This document shows, piece by piece, positions 22,119-35,485 of a stretch of 64,000 nucleotides of DNA. Position 1 is the first letter of the stretch; every line of letters starts with the position of its first letter. The notes below the pieces were generated by a model. The model saw only the letters and a list, made by a program, of their open reading frames with translations. It had not been told where the DNA came from and did no database searches. The stretch is from positions 5,577,962 to 5,641,961 of the forward strand of contig CAVNZM010000007.1 of the NCBI GenBank assembly GCA_963693365.1, in the 5' to 3' direction. The translations under genes and the position numbers were made by a program. The stretch comes from Amoebidium appalachense (Eukaryota; Protista; Ichthyosporea).

Positions 22119-23361
22119 CTACATTTGTGGCGCCGGACACGATGGCAGTGGAATGTGGTGGACCAACTGGATGATGACGTCGGGTGCATTGTTTGGTAGC
22201 CACTGTGGAATGCAAAGAATGTCAGGAATGCCTCATGGAATGATGCAATTTGTCAGCCAAAATAATAATATGACACCCGATTACATTATGCTACACACAG
22301 TTATTAGCGTTTTTGAACTACAGAACTTGTACTAGACTGAGAGTCTCCCCCCCCCTCCTCCCCCCCTCACTCCACACAAACACACTCACGTGCACGCGCG
22401 GGACCACCTCTATTCCACCAGAAACCGAAATGGAGCATACAAAACTCTTCCACAGGCAAGGATGCTATAGATTATACGATGGCAGACGCAAGCATTGGGT
22501 TGTGTGCGACGCTCAAAGCCCTCGTGTGTGTGTGTGTGTGTGTATGTGTGTGTGTGTGTGCGCGCGCGCGCTGCGTGTGTGTTTGCGTGTGTCTGCACGT
22601 GCGTGTGTGTATCCCTGTGTGTGCGGGTGTAAGCGCGGGTGTGTGCATGGCGCACGTGCATACGTATGTGAGTGCTTTTGGTGGAGGTGTGAGCTGGGGG
22701 AAGGGGGGGGGGGGGGGGGGGGGGGAGGGGGGGGGGGGGGGCAGGTTACCTGGGGGGAGAATCGCATAAAAGTGCCCATGTAGAAAGGGGCAGTCCATGC
22801 GATAAACACTGCAGGAAAAAAAAACCCCGAGTTTAGATATAAAGCAGTGCGTGAAAAGCAACACATACAGACGGGGCCGGCAGGCGGGGTTGCCGTCAAA
22901 AAAAACAAAAACACAGAAAAGGAAAAAGTCACAAAGGGAGAGAGCGGTGCAGAACAGAGTGCATGTGCTTTGTGTGTGCGAGCACTGTGTGTGTCCACAC
23001 CCGTCTGTGTTGTGGGTGTGCATTAACACAGCAAGTGTGAGTATGACTGGCTTTTCTTTTTTTTGGGGGGGGGAGGGGGGAAGGGGAGGGGGGGGTGAGG
23101 GGAGGGGGGGGGGGGGGGGGGGGGGGAGGGGGGAGATTGCCACCATTAGGTTAGGAGGAGGGGGAGAATCAGTGGGGGGGGGGGGGGGGGGGTTTGAGGG
23201 GCGGGGGAGGGGGAGGAGGTTTCCCGAATCCGGCACCGAGTGCAAAGTACACATTCACGATGGATAACACAAAGCAGATTTTGCAGATTACGTGCGCGAG
23301 CGTACGTGTGTGTATGTATGCACACGCGGTTGCGGGTACGGAGAGATATCCACGCGAGGGG

Positions 23362-23395
<34 letters not shown>

Positions 23396-23616
23396 GGGGG
23401 GGTAGATTACCTAGTGTTGCAATATTGCAGAATGGCTTTGGCAGTCGGCCAAATTTCCGGACGAACACTGCAGCGAAAAAAAGGACATTCAGTCAGGATA
23501 TGTCAGCATTCGAAAGCGAAAATGGTAAAAGAAGAGGGAGGAGGGGGGAGGGGGGGGGGGAGGGGGGGGGGGGGGGGAGGGGAAGGGGGGAGGGGGGAGA
23601 GGGAGGGAGGGAGGGG

Positions 23617-23650
<34 letters not shown>

Positions 23651-23810
23651 GGGGAGGGGGGGGGTTTGAATGCGGAACACGGTACGAAGTACGCATACAC
23701 GATGAGAAGCATGGTGCAGGACACATGCAAAGGCAAACATTCAAGTATGCAACATCAGCCATGCGCACAGTATGCGTCATAAGCAGAGCCCATCCTCAGG
23801 GAGGGCCCAA

Positions 23811-23849
<39 letters not shown>

Positions 23850-24019
23850 GGGGGGGGGAGGGAGAGGGAGCGAGGGAGACAGGGTGCAGGAGAGGAATGG
23901 GAGGGGAAGGGCAAGGAGCAGCACAGGTAGACAAGGTGGGGAAAAGGGAGGGTTAGGGGGAAGAGTAGGGGAAGAATGAGACGGCAAGAGAAGGGGCATG
24001 GGTGGGTGGAGGGAGAACT

Positions 24020-24057
<38 letters not shown>

Positions 24058-24347
24058 GGGGGTAGCATATGTTACAGAGTGCGCAGTTCACATTCAGGGG
24101 GAGAATGAGAGAGGGGGAGAGGGAGGAAGGGAGGGGAGGGACGGAAGGAGGGATTGCCCACGTAAGCGTTTTATTTTTGTGTTGCTACCCCTTACCTGTT
24201 TCTATTAGGCAGGCGACTCCGTGGATAAGGAAGAAGCAAAAGGCCTCCAGCATGCGGGTGCCGAACACAACCCACACCAGATACACGTGCATGATCCCCC
24301 TGTACACGCACGCGCGTGTGCGTGCGTGCGTGCGTGTGCGTGTGCGT

Positions 24348-24378
<31 letters not shown>

Positions 24379-24400
24379 GGTGTGTGTGTGTGGGTGTGTG

Positions 24401-24437
<37 letters not shown>

Positions 24438-25323
24438 AACGTACGTAAGTGGGTGTGCGTATGGCCACGTGTGTATTTGCGCGCACGTGTGGCTCCCATG
24501 TCTGTACGTACGCTTGTGCATAGCATACCAGTGTGTGTGGGTGCACGCGTGATGCGTGTACATGTGTGTGCCTGCCTGTACATTGTGTTTGAAGGAGTTT
24601 GGTGTTGCAGGTGTGTGGGCTTTGCTCATGTGCATGCACACATATGTGCATGTATTTGTGTCCGGCGTGTGCTTGCGAGCATTGTGTTCTTCAATTCTGC
24701 ACCTGCGTATGTTTTGTGTTTTGGGACGTGGCACGGCAGGGGGGGGGGGGGGGAGGGGGGGGGGGGGGGGGGGGGGGAGGGGCAGGCTTTGCATTGTAGA
24801 GAAAGGGCAGGCAGAGGAAGAGAGAGGGAGAAGGGCAGGTGTGTGTGTTTGGGGGGTGGGGGGAGGGGGGAGGGAGGGGGAGGGAGGGAGGGGGTTTGGT
24901 GAGAGGCGAGGGGATGGATGAAGTTAATCCCCTAACCTAATTAACCAACTATAATGCCTGTGCAATCATCGATTGCTATCGAACATTCTACGGGCATCAC
25001 GTAGGTTAACAGCAGGTGTTGGCATCTTGAAATACATGTTCTCGGAATGACAAAGGGAGAACAACAACAACAGTATCAATTAGGAAGAGGAAGATGCGGA
25101 TGAAAATATATTCTCTCGTAGTGCACACATAAAAAAATTGTTAACCCAAACTTGATAATAAACTCCGATCTATTAGCTCGCAGATTACCTCCCCCCCCCC
25201 TTCCCTTCCCAACCTCACCCATCCATCAACCCACACACACGCACGCACCCACGCAGGGACACATGCACACACGCACACACACACGCACACACACACACAC
25301 ACACGCACGCAGGCAGTCATCTC

Positions 25324-25354
<31 letters not shown>

Positions 25355-25454
25355 ACACAAACACAGACACACAAACACAGATGTGATATATCGTTTGGGG
25401 GGGGGGGGGGGGGGGGGGTCCGGGAGAGACATGTACTTGTGTGTGCCTGCATGT

Positions 25455-25485
<31 letters not shown>

Positions 25486-25975
25486 GGGGGGGGGGGAGGG
25501 GGGGGGGGGCGGGGCCGGGGGGGACACAATACCCGATGACAAAAACCGAAAATGCAGCCACCGTGGGCGACCCGTGTGCCTTCCTGACGGGGGTAAACAC
25601 GGTCGTGTGCAATACGTTGCGGAGCACCAAGTTCCACCTTCGGCTCCAGAAGTCGCGGGGTGAGGCGGCTAGGAGAGGCTCGCGATAGTACTGCAGTATG
25701 CTTAGCCTGTACGCGCGTGTGTGTGTGTGTGGGTGTGGGTGTGTGTGGGTGTGGGTGTGTGGGTGTGGGTGTGGGTGGGTGGGTGGGTGGGTGGGTGGGT
25801 GGGGGGAGGGGGAGGGGGGGGGGGGGGGGGGGGGAGGTGTGAGAGTTTGTGTGAGTTTGTGTGAGTTTGGGTGTGTGTGTGTACGTGTGTCTGTGTACAT
25901 GTGTGAATGTGTGTGTGTGTACTTGTGTTGTGTCTACGCGCACACGTGTGTGTGTGTGTGTACATATGTGTGGGG

Positions 25976-26019
<44 letters not shown>

Positions 26020-26299
26020 TTATCATATGCGCCAAACGGGTATGAAGGTTATTATTCAACATGGGTATCGACGCCAGGGGGGGGGGGGGGGGGAGGAGGG
26101 GGGGATATTTCACTATTTTTTTGTTTCTGTTGTAGTGTTCTTCCATGCTTGTCGTCGGGGGGGGGGGGGGGAGGGGGGAGGGGGGAGGGGGGAAGGGATA
26201 TAGCAAAGAATATGCACCATATGGGAGATGGGGATATGCATCTTAACGTCTTTAATATGGTGGGGGCTGCAGTAGTGTGTGTGAGTGTGATCTTTGTGT

Positions 26300-26376
<77 letters not shown>

Positions 26377-27560
26377 CGTGTGTGTGTGTGTGTGTTCGTG
26401 TGTGTGTGTGTGTGTGTTCGCATGCGAGTGTGTTCGTGCATGTGTGTGCATGTGTCCGCGTACTTGTATGTCCTGTCCTTGTGTGTGTGTGTGTGTGCGC
26501 GCGCGCGTACGCACGTGTATGTGTGCGCGCGCACGTACGGGCGAGGGCCCACGTGTGTGTGCGCACGTACGTGTCCACGTGCCTGTGCGCACACACACTT
26601 CACAAACCCGTTCGTGTTCCAAAATGGGCAACTGAAAACGCAAGAGGACAGAGCGCCAGACCCCAGGCATCCAGGCAGGCAAGGGGAGAGGGGGGAGGGG
26701 GGAGGGGGGGGGGGGAGGGGCCAAAATATGTCAAGAATACATAGTCAACATTCACAACGGACAATGTGATGCAGATTCACCAAAGTGCACAAACCAAGAG
26801 TATGCATAACGAGACAAGGGGGTGGGGGGGCGGGGGATAGTTTGGGGTGGGGGGGTGGGGGGGGGGGGGTACCTGTCGAGGGAGCAGAGAGAGAGAAGGG
26901 CTCTTTGCATGTTGAAACTGAACATGGCTCCTGATCGGGGAGGGAAAAGGTATTTGAATAAAAATTCAACTTCATTATTTTAATTCGTAGATTGTAAAAT
27001 GCACTATCACAAACCATTTATCCAACCTAACCTGGGGGTGATAATTAGGAACATCATTCTCCCAAGAGTTATGGCTTACAAGAAAAGTAGTACCAACAAT
27101 TATTATACATAATAACAAAAGCAAACAGCACAATCTCCTCCCCTTCCCCCCCCCCCCCCCCCCAACCCCTCCCAAACCCCCGCCCTTCTGCCGTCCCCCC
27201 CCCCCCCCCCCCCCCCCCCCCAACAACAACAACTCCCCCCCGTCCCCAAAAATACACACACACACACCTCAACCCCAACTTCCACCCATTCTCGCCACCA
27301 TCCCCCCCCCCCCCCCCCCCCCCCCTTTCATATGTCCAATAACACTTTGCACTCTTCAAAAAAAAAACCAAAAAAAAAAACCCCCCAAACATGCACTCAA
27401 AAGAACACATACACAGAGCTACCGACTTGCACGTTCCATTTATATGACCGCAAAGGAGCAACCTTTGGCATGAGCGGTATAAAAGCCAAAAGAAAAAGAA
27501 AAAAAGAAAAAAAGGGGGGAGGGGGGGGGGGAGGGGAGGGTTGGAGGCTGGGAGTGTGGC

Positions 27561-27591
<31 letters not shown>

Positions 27592-28130
27592 ATGTCCCAT
27601 TGCTGGGTTTGCACTCACAATGAAATTCACTAATGTGCACAAACGGCATGCATGCCCGGGGTCGGGGGGAGGGGGAGGGGGGCGAGGAAGATGGAATGGC
27701 AAAAGGGGGGGAGGGGGGGGGATGGTGGGGGGATGGATCGGGGGGTTTGAATGCGGAACACGGTACGAAGTACGCATACACGAAGGACACATGCAAACGC
27801 AAAGATTCAAGTATGCAACATAGCCATGCGCGCAGTATGCGTCATAAGCAGAGCCCATCCTCAGGGAGGGCCCAAGTCATCAATTGCGTCTGAGTTTCGA
27901 CCCCTTAGCCCGTGTATATACGACTCTCCAACTCAGACAGCAGCATCAACTGAACTTGGGAGGGTCAACCCGTCTTGATCAAAGACGAGCAGGGTTGCTT
28001 ATGCAAGCAAGGTGAGCAAAACGGTGAATATGTGTGTGCAAACTAATGCAGTGCAGCGAAAAATGCGTATGTGCTTACAGATGCACGACACAGAGCAACC
28101 ATGCCCGGTTGCATGGAAGTAAATCGGTCT

Positions 28131-28175
<45 letters not shown>

Positions 28176-28542
28176 AGAACGTGTCACAGAGTACGAAGTA
28201 TACATTCACGACGGACAACACAATGCAAATCTTGCAAAGCACACGAAGGGGGAAGAATGGGAGGATAGGAGGGGGAGGGGGGAGGGGAGGGAAGGGGGGA
28301 GGGGGGAGGGGGGAGGGGAGGGGAAGAGGGGGAGGGGGGAGGGGGGGGGAGGGGGGATCTTAAAGAAATACTACCAGTCATCATATGCAGGAAGAAGACC
28401 GAGCTATAAATAACATCCAATAGATAGTCTTCTTCGACTTGGCGGGTGCTGCCGCCCAAACACGTGACCAGCCAGAGCCAAAAGACATTCGTCATGAACA
28501 TCTCGGCGCAGGCACGTGCAACAAGTAGGAGTGAGTCCCTGT

Positions 28543-28586
<44 letters not shown>

Positions 28587-28614
28587 GTGTGCGTGTGTCT
28601 GTGTGTGTGTGTGA

Positions 28615-28694
<80 letters not shown>

Positions 28695-30286
28695 GAGTGA
28701 GCATGCATTTGTGGTTATGACTTGTCGGTGCGCTTTCTCCTGCCATTAGCGTTTTTGAAGTGCCAACCTCTCCCCCCTCCCCCCTCCCCCCGCCCGCCCC
28801 CTTCCCACTCCCCTTCTTATCCCATTGCCCTCCCTTCCCCTGCATGTGTGTGTGTGTGTGCATGCATGTGTGTGTGTGTGCCTGCATGTGTGTGTGTGCG
28901 TGCATGCATGTTTGTGAGTGTGTGCCTGCATGTGTGTGCACGCGCCTGCATGTGTGTATGTGCCTGCATGTGTGTTTGTGTGCCTGCATGTGTGTTTGTG
29001 CATTTATGCAGTTGTGTGTGTGTGTGTGTGTGTGCACGCGCATGCACCTTATTAGCCTGGCCGGGTGCCTCCTCTTCTCATGGGGCACATAAGTGATGGG
29101 CAGCATGGCTTGCTGCAGGTGGGTGCAAAAGTCTTTGAGGCTCCAGCTGGTGCGCTCGTGGTCCGGCACGTGCAGCATCAGATACTGAAGCTCAAGGCAC
29201 GCCTGTGTACGTGTGTATGTGTGTGTACGTGTGTATGTGTGTACGTGTATGTGTGTATGTGTGTATGTGTGTACATGTATGTGTGTATGTGTGTACGTGT
29301 ATGTGTGTACGTGTATGTGTGTATGTGTGTACGTGTATGTGTGTATGTGTGTACGTGTATGTGTGTATGTGTGTACGTGTATGTGTATGTGTGTACGTGT
29401 ATGTGTGTATGTGTGTACGTGTATGTGTGTATGTGTGTACGTGTATGTGTGTATGTGTGTACGTGTATGTGTATGTTGTAGAGGGGAAATAGAGAGAAAA
29501 TAGATGACACTGAGTGTTAAATAATAATAATCGGGCTGGTTGACCATATATTTATAGATTATACCGTGTACAAGTAGTGTAATAAGAACCAGTGAGCTTA
29601 CAAGGGTGCTCTGCCAACGTTAGTTACACCTAAATGAACGGTGACCTAAGGAGCGCATCACCACACGTTCATTAGCTAAGCGTTGGTGTGTGTATGTGTG
29701 TACGTGTATGTGTGTATGTGTGTATGTGTATACGTGTATGTGCGTATGTGTGTACGTGTATGTGTGTATGTGTGTACGTGTATGTGTGTATGTGCGTACG
29801 TGCATGTGTGTATGTGTGTACGTGTATGTGTGTATGTGCGTACGTGCATGTGTGTATGTGCGTACGTGTATGTGTGTATGGTGTACGTGTATGTGTGTAT
29901 GGTGTACGTGTATGTGTGTATGTGTGTACGTGTATGTGTGTATGTGTGTACGTGTCCACGTATGTACGTTTTTACACGTGTATGTGTGTGTACGTGTATG
30001 TGTGTATGTGTGTACGTGTATGTGTGTATGTGTGTACGTGTATATGTGTATGTGTGTACGTGTATGTGTGTATGTGTGTACGTGTATGTGTGTATGTGTG
30101 TACGTGTATGTGTGTATGTGTGTACGTGTATGTGTGTATGTGTGTACGTGTATGTGTGTATGTGTGCACGTGTATGTGTGTATGTGTGTACGTGTATGTG
30201 TGTATGTGTGTACGTGTCCACGTATGTACGTTTTTACGCGTGTATGTGTGTGTACGTGTGTAAGTGTACGTGTAGGCATGTACGTG

Positions 30287-30325
<39 letters not shown>

Positions 30326-30596
30326 GCGAACGTGTGTGTATCCTTACACGTGTGTGTGTGTAGTGTGTGTTTGGGTTTGTCACAAGTTTCGTGTGTATGT
30401 AGAGTGCGCGAGCATTTGGGGGGGCAGGGGAGGGAGAAGGGGAGGGGAGGGGGTTGAGAGGGGTAGGGGTGGGGGGTGGAGCATTTGGAAAAAAATGTTG
30501 GCAGGAGAAAGCTCACCGACAAGTCATAACCCCAATACACGCACACTCATTTACACACACACAAACTCACCCACACACTCAACCACACCCACACTC

Positions 30597-30643
<47 letters not shown>

Positions 30644-30673
30644 GCACACAGGCACACGCACGCACGCACGCAT

Positions 30674-30704
<31 letters not shown>

Positions 30705-31184
30705 CACACACATGCTCACACACACACACAAGCACACACATACACACCTCTCACACCCCCCATACGAGCTTACTCTCCAACTGTGCACCTCTACCCGCAT
30801 CCACCCACCACCAACACCCAACCTCGAAAGGAACATATCTTGTAACATGAGATTGTTAAATCTTAAACAACCAATGGCCACGCACCATAAACGACGCCGA
30901 ACACGCCACCATTGTGCCCAGCCGAAACCTTTGGAGGTGTGACGGCAGCATCAAAATCACAAAACATCCTGCCGCTGTTGTGAATATCATGTGAGCGCTT
31001 GTTGCTATGGTACATAGAAACATGTTTTATATTTTATACATAGAAACGGGGGGGAGAGGGGGGAGGGGGCGGGGGCGGTTTGAATGCGCCATAGAGTACG
31101 AAGTACACATAAATAACGGACAACATGATGCAGGGTGCAAACTACACAAAGAGTATACATAGTAGGCAGAACCCATTCTCAGGG

Positions 31185-31236
<52 letters not shown>

Positions 31237-31455
31237 GGGGAGGGGAGGGAGGGAGACCAGGGATGGAGCGGGATCACACGAAAGAGCCCTGGTATATCTG
31301 TGTGTGTTTTTTTTTTTGCATTGTTTTTGTTGTTTTTTTTTTTGTTTTTTTTTGTTTTTTTTTTGGGGGGGGGGGGAGGGGGTTGAAGCAAGAGCAAAAT
31401 AGCCAGTAGACTCCAAAACATCTCCCCCCTCCCTACACTCCCCCCGTCCTCCCTC

Positions 31456-31493
<38 letters not shown>

Positions 31494-32360
31494 ACCCACC
31501 CACCCACTCACCCACCCACCCACACACACACACACGCCCTCAACAAGAGAAAAAAAAAAAACTAGATAAACAATATATTCTTCCATCAAGAGAGCAGGGG
31601 GAAAAAAAGGCAACCGAAAGACACTGCTCACATCTGACACACACACACAAGCTAGCCGAGCAGAGTTGTTCGATCGAAGCCTACCGGAAACTAGCGGGGG
31701 CCGGAGGTGTGGGCGGATACTAGACAGCAAGAAGGGGGAGGGGGGCACGGGGGGGGGGGAGGGGGGGGGGGGGTTAGGGGAGGGAGGATGGAGAAAGAGA
31801 AGAGAAAGGGACGAATAGCATACCAGGAGGGCCCGGAGGGACGGCGTGAAGGGCAGGGGGGGGGGGGGGGGGCAAGGGGGGAGGGGAGAGAGGGGAGGGG
31901 GTGGAGAGGGGTCAGCACTTGAATGAAGCGAAGCGGAGCACAGATAAGGGATGAGTGGAGCATAGGGGAAGGGTGGGAGGGGGGGAAGGACACACCAGAA
32001 AAACTCACACGAGGGAGTTGTCGGGTTGATGGTAAGAGAGACGAGTGAAATGATGATGAAGGAAGACGGGGAGGGGGTGGGATGGATGGGGGGGAGGGGG
32101 AAGAGGATGGCCCGGCCGGAGGGGCGGGGGGGGGGGGGAAGGGAATGCCAGGCGCTGAGGCAGGGATGGGAGGGGGGGGGGGGGTTGGATCATTGGGGGG
32201 GGGGGGGTTCGGGGGGAGGGGGGGGGGGGTGGGGGGGGGGGGGGGGGGGCAATATACCCGTTAGTACGGTTCGTATCTCGACCACGCTGACGTTACGCAC
32301 CACAAAGTAAAAGTAAAAAACTATGCCCACATAGAGCATCAGATACGTGAGGCTCTGCAT
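22119..32360 (-). CDS. MBOAT_2 family membrane-bound O-acyltransferase (wax-synthase-like), 10 coding exons, 348 aa
   Basis: Exons 32258-32360, 30886-30974, 29048-29202, 28375-28538, 26873-26930, 25533-25706, 24196-24299, 23411-23467, 22750-22808 and 22119-22202 are all GT-AG and phase-compatible (1047 nt). Motifs [22 protein letters not shown] (catalytic His) and FFLIHGVA, plus several TM segments. An in-frame TGA precedes the ATG, and the acceptor at 32401 implies upstream 5'-UTR exon(s). Confidence 0.88.
23665..23811 (-). mobile_element. Family A retroposon, solo 147-bp terminal unit
   Basis: Reverse complement runs CTTGGGCCCTCCCTGAGGATGG...CCGCATTCAAA + C-run. Same 5' boundary as the copy at 46241. 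Confidence 0.88.
27746..28132 (-). mobile_element. Family A retroposon, 5'-truncated ~385-bp copy
   Basis: Reverse complement aligns to about 46437-46837 and shares the 15-nt deletion with the 16751 copy. Flanked by G-runs on +. Confidence 0.88.
29205..30290. repeat. ~20-bp TG-derived minisatellite (TGTGTACGTGTATGTGTGTA), interrupted by a family C insertion
   Basis: Seen directly at 29205-29473 and 29687-30290. Confidence 0.9.
29474..29686 (-). mobile_element. Family C structured element, truncated copy in a TG/CA minisatellite
   Basis: Aligns to 34927-35144, with a ~100-bp core nearly identical. The strand is inferred by treating the shared left end as the 3' end. Confidence 0.75.
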
Positions 32361-32421
32361 CGTGGGTGTGGGCACGGGGCTTCACGGTGGCCCCTGTCAC
32401 CTGGGGTGGGGGGTGGGGGGT

Positions 32422-32475
<54 letters not shown>

Positions 32476-32914
32476 AGAAAAAAAAAGAGAAGAAAGGGAA
32501 AAAAAGAAAAGAAAACGGAAGGAGGGTGTAAGCAGAGGGAGGGTGGGCACGGGGGGAGGGGGGTGGGGTGGGGGGGGGGGGGGGGGGGGAGGGGGAGGAG
32601 AGCGGACGGGTGGAGAAGGAAGGATGATTAGCAGGGTTGAAGAACGTGAGAGGAGGGGCGGTGCGGGGGAGAGGGGCGGGGGTTGGGGGGGGGGGGGACG
32701 GGGGAGGAGGAGGGGAGGATATGGGGGGCAGTGCACAGAATGTTGCACAGGAGCCTTGCGGTGCAGCACAGGCACATGTGCTTGGGGGCGTGCGTGTGAT
32801 GAGTGGGTGAAGGTACACGTGTTGGTGTATGTGTGTGGCGCGTGTGTGTGCCTGCGGTCGTGTGTGCGTGCACGCCTGTGTGCATGTCAGCGTGCCTGCA
32901 TGGGATGTGTGTGT

Positions 32915-32959
<45 letters not shown>

Positions 32960-32971
32960 CCTGTGCATGTC

Positions 32972-33014
<43 letters not shown>

Positions 33015-33424
33015 GTGGGTGCGTGTGCGTCTCTGCGCGCGCGCGTGTGTGTCTGTGTGTGTGTATGTGTGTGTGTGCCCCTGCGCGCACATGCACAGGC
33101 GCACATACGCTCATTTGTACATGCCCTGTGCATGTGGTTTGCACCAGTGTGTACCGCGGGCATGTTCGCAGCAGATCGTAAACATATGCATTTCTACATC
33201 AGACAGGGCGTGTGTGGGGGGGAAGGGGGGAGGGGGGGAGCGGGGAGGGGATTTGTGCCTGCATGCCTGTACATTAAGCACATACCATGGAGGCATTTGT
33301 GAGTGGCTGTGTGCCTGATCCTTCGCGTTTATGTGTGTATGCATGCCACTGTGTTGGGTGTGTATGTGTGCCTGGACATGTGCGCGCGTTTGTGTGCGCG
33401 CTCGTGTGTGTGCATGTGTATGTG

Positions 33425-33457
<33 letters not shown>

Positions 33458-34454
33458 TTTTTTTTAGCATGACCGTGAGTGTGATTGTACCTATTAGTGC
33501 GTGTGTGTGCATATAAATCGCATTTACTATACCTGCTTGTTATATCTGTAAGCCGCATCAATAATTTTAAGGTTTGCTGGAAAAATCATGGCATCCAGTG
33601 ACCATACAGCAGCGGTTTGTGCTTTCATTTTCGCGGGGAAGAGGAGGAGGCTGAGAGAGCCCAGGGGAGGATGGGTGGGTGGGTGGGTGGGGGGGGGGGG
33701 AGGGGGGAGGGGGGGGGGGGGGGGGGGGGGGGGGAGGAGGGAGGGGGGGCGGGGAGAAAGGCCGCGGGGGGAGATTGGCGGGGGGAGGGGGGGGGGGGAG
33801 GATTGAGGGTCCTACCTGATAAGCAGCAGCTGCAGCATCCCCTTTTGTAGAGTTTAAACTGGGCACGTGAACGAACTGCAATGTTGCCAGCTACCCATGC
33901 AACAAGCGTTGCCTGGGCTTGTCTAGCAGAGACAGAGCTTAACAAACGAGCGCTTTGCAGGTGACAGGTATGGCGAGGATGCAAACCTCCTGAGTTCTTG
34001 CCCCCAGCCAAATCTTGGTTACCAACGGAACGGTGCGTGTGTTTCTTAATTCTTTGTGTTATTCTACCAGTTGACAAAATATTGTGACATATTACGGTGC
34101 CACATGAGTCTCACAGAAACAAGTGTTTTGAGTCTTGACGGGTGTGGCACGAGCAGGAAGGCTAAGTCGTTGTTTTAGTTGACTGTGTGATAGGGGAAAG
34201 AAACAAAGAACTTTGCCTAGCGTTCCATTTGTAAATGCAAAGCACTTATACTGTACTGTGTATGCAGTTAGAAAACACACACATCATTTCTCATTTCTCA
34301 CGTAAGCGTGAGGAGTAACACACATGCACCGTCACACACTCACTCACACACACACTGTGGAATCACGAGTCGACCGCTGTGTCAACACGTGATAACGCGA
34401 CCGCTGTGTCAACACGTGATAACGCAACCGTGAACGATGAATTTATTTGCTGCC

Positions 34455-34520
34455 TTCCGATTGGTGTCTTATTTGTGGACAACCAATCAAATAGGGCTCA
34501 TCTGGCGGGCCAATTGGAAG
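34455..34520 (-). promoter_or_regulatory. Cluster of CCAAT boxes, possible promoter of the MBOAT gene
   Basis: GATTGG, ACCAATC and GCCAATTGG lie within ~60 bp in a microsatellite-poor island upstream of the minus-strand gene. Similar GATTGG motifs occur in the divergent region 38860-38940. Confidence 0.3.
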
Positions 34521-34846
34521 CGGTACCCTTCTTTATCGGCATGCACGTGAGCAGTACACACTTTAGTACACATTAGGTTGTGGCATGTGTAGTCAGTGCA
34601 GTACATATTCAGTGTGACACGTGTATGTGAGTGTGCGTGCCTGCCCACGGTATTTTAACATGCTTGTGTAATAGTGGCATAGAACTGAAGCCGTGTGCCT
34701 GCTGGAGGATGTCGGCGTTACATTAGCATTTCTTGTCGGCGTTACATTAGCATTTCTTCCATGTGCACATGTGTACATGCAACATGTGCCTGGTTTCGTT
34801 CGTGCATGTATCGAGATGGTGAATGCACATTGCATTACCTGTGCGA

Positions 34847-34885
<39 letters not shown>

Positions 34886-34926
34886 GCGCGCTTGTGTGTG
34901 TGCGTGTGTGTGTGTGTGTGTGTTCT

Positions 34927-35435
34927 TGTTGTAGATGGGGAAATAGATGACGCGGAGTGGTAGTTTAATAATAATACTCGGGCTTGTATACCATGTATTT
35001 ATAGTTAGGTAAATGTATAAACCGTGTACAGGCAGTGTGAATAGAACCAGTGAGCTTACAAGGGTGCTCTGCCAACGTTAGTTACACCAAAATGAACGGT
35101 GACCTAAGGAGCGCATCACCACTCGTTCATTAGCTAAGCGTTGGTCTAGAATGTAAAAATACACACTAGCGGACTTAGTCCCTGCCTTAGGCGTCCCAAG
35201 TAGCTATACGCGAACTGGTTCGAGCCGGTGTATGGCTATATGTTATAGTGGACACTGTGATCAATGGTACACGGTAATCGGTGAAGTGAGGTTTTCGATG
35301 GTCACACAAGCCTTATTGTATCCGAAAATCAATAGCGTAGGCTAATCAGCGAATCTGATAGGTCATAACTCAATAGCGGGAATACATTCAAGGGATCTTA
35401 TACGTCTAAATGTGATACATTCGGGTCATTACATT

Positions 35436-35437
<2 letters not shown>
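34927..35437 (-). mobile_element. Family C structured non-coding element (~510 bp) inserted in (TG)n/(CA)n
   Basis: Complex sequence bounded by (TG)n on both sides, with a second copy at 29474-29686. Long hairpin at 35072-35144. No ORF. Confidence 0.7.

Positions 35438-35485
<48 letters not shown>

Noticed and set aside
31250-32070. Additional MBOAT exons (e.g. 31260-31298, 32009-32065)
   Set aside because: Not phase-compatible or lacking an acceptor. The gene already splices in frame without them.
35098-35245. SRP-RNA-like (GGTGACCTAAGGAG), tRNA T-arm-like (GGTTCGAGCC) or group I intron motifs in family C
   Set aside because: No SRP helix 8 motif, no cloverleaf (6-nt T-loop, no D-arm), and group I P/Q/R/S-like words are not in a convincing order.
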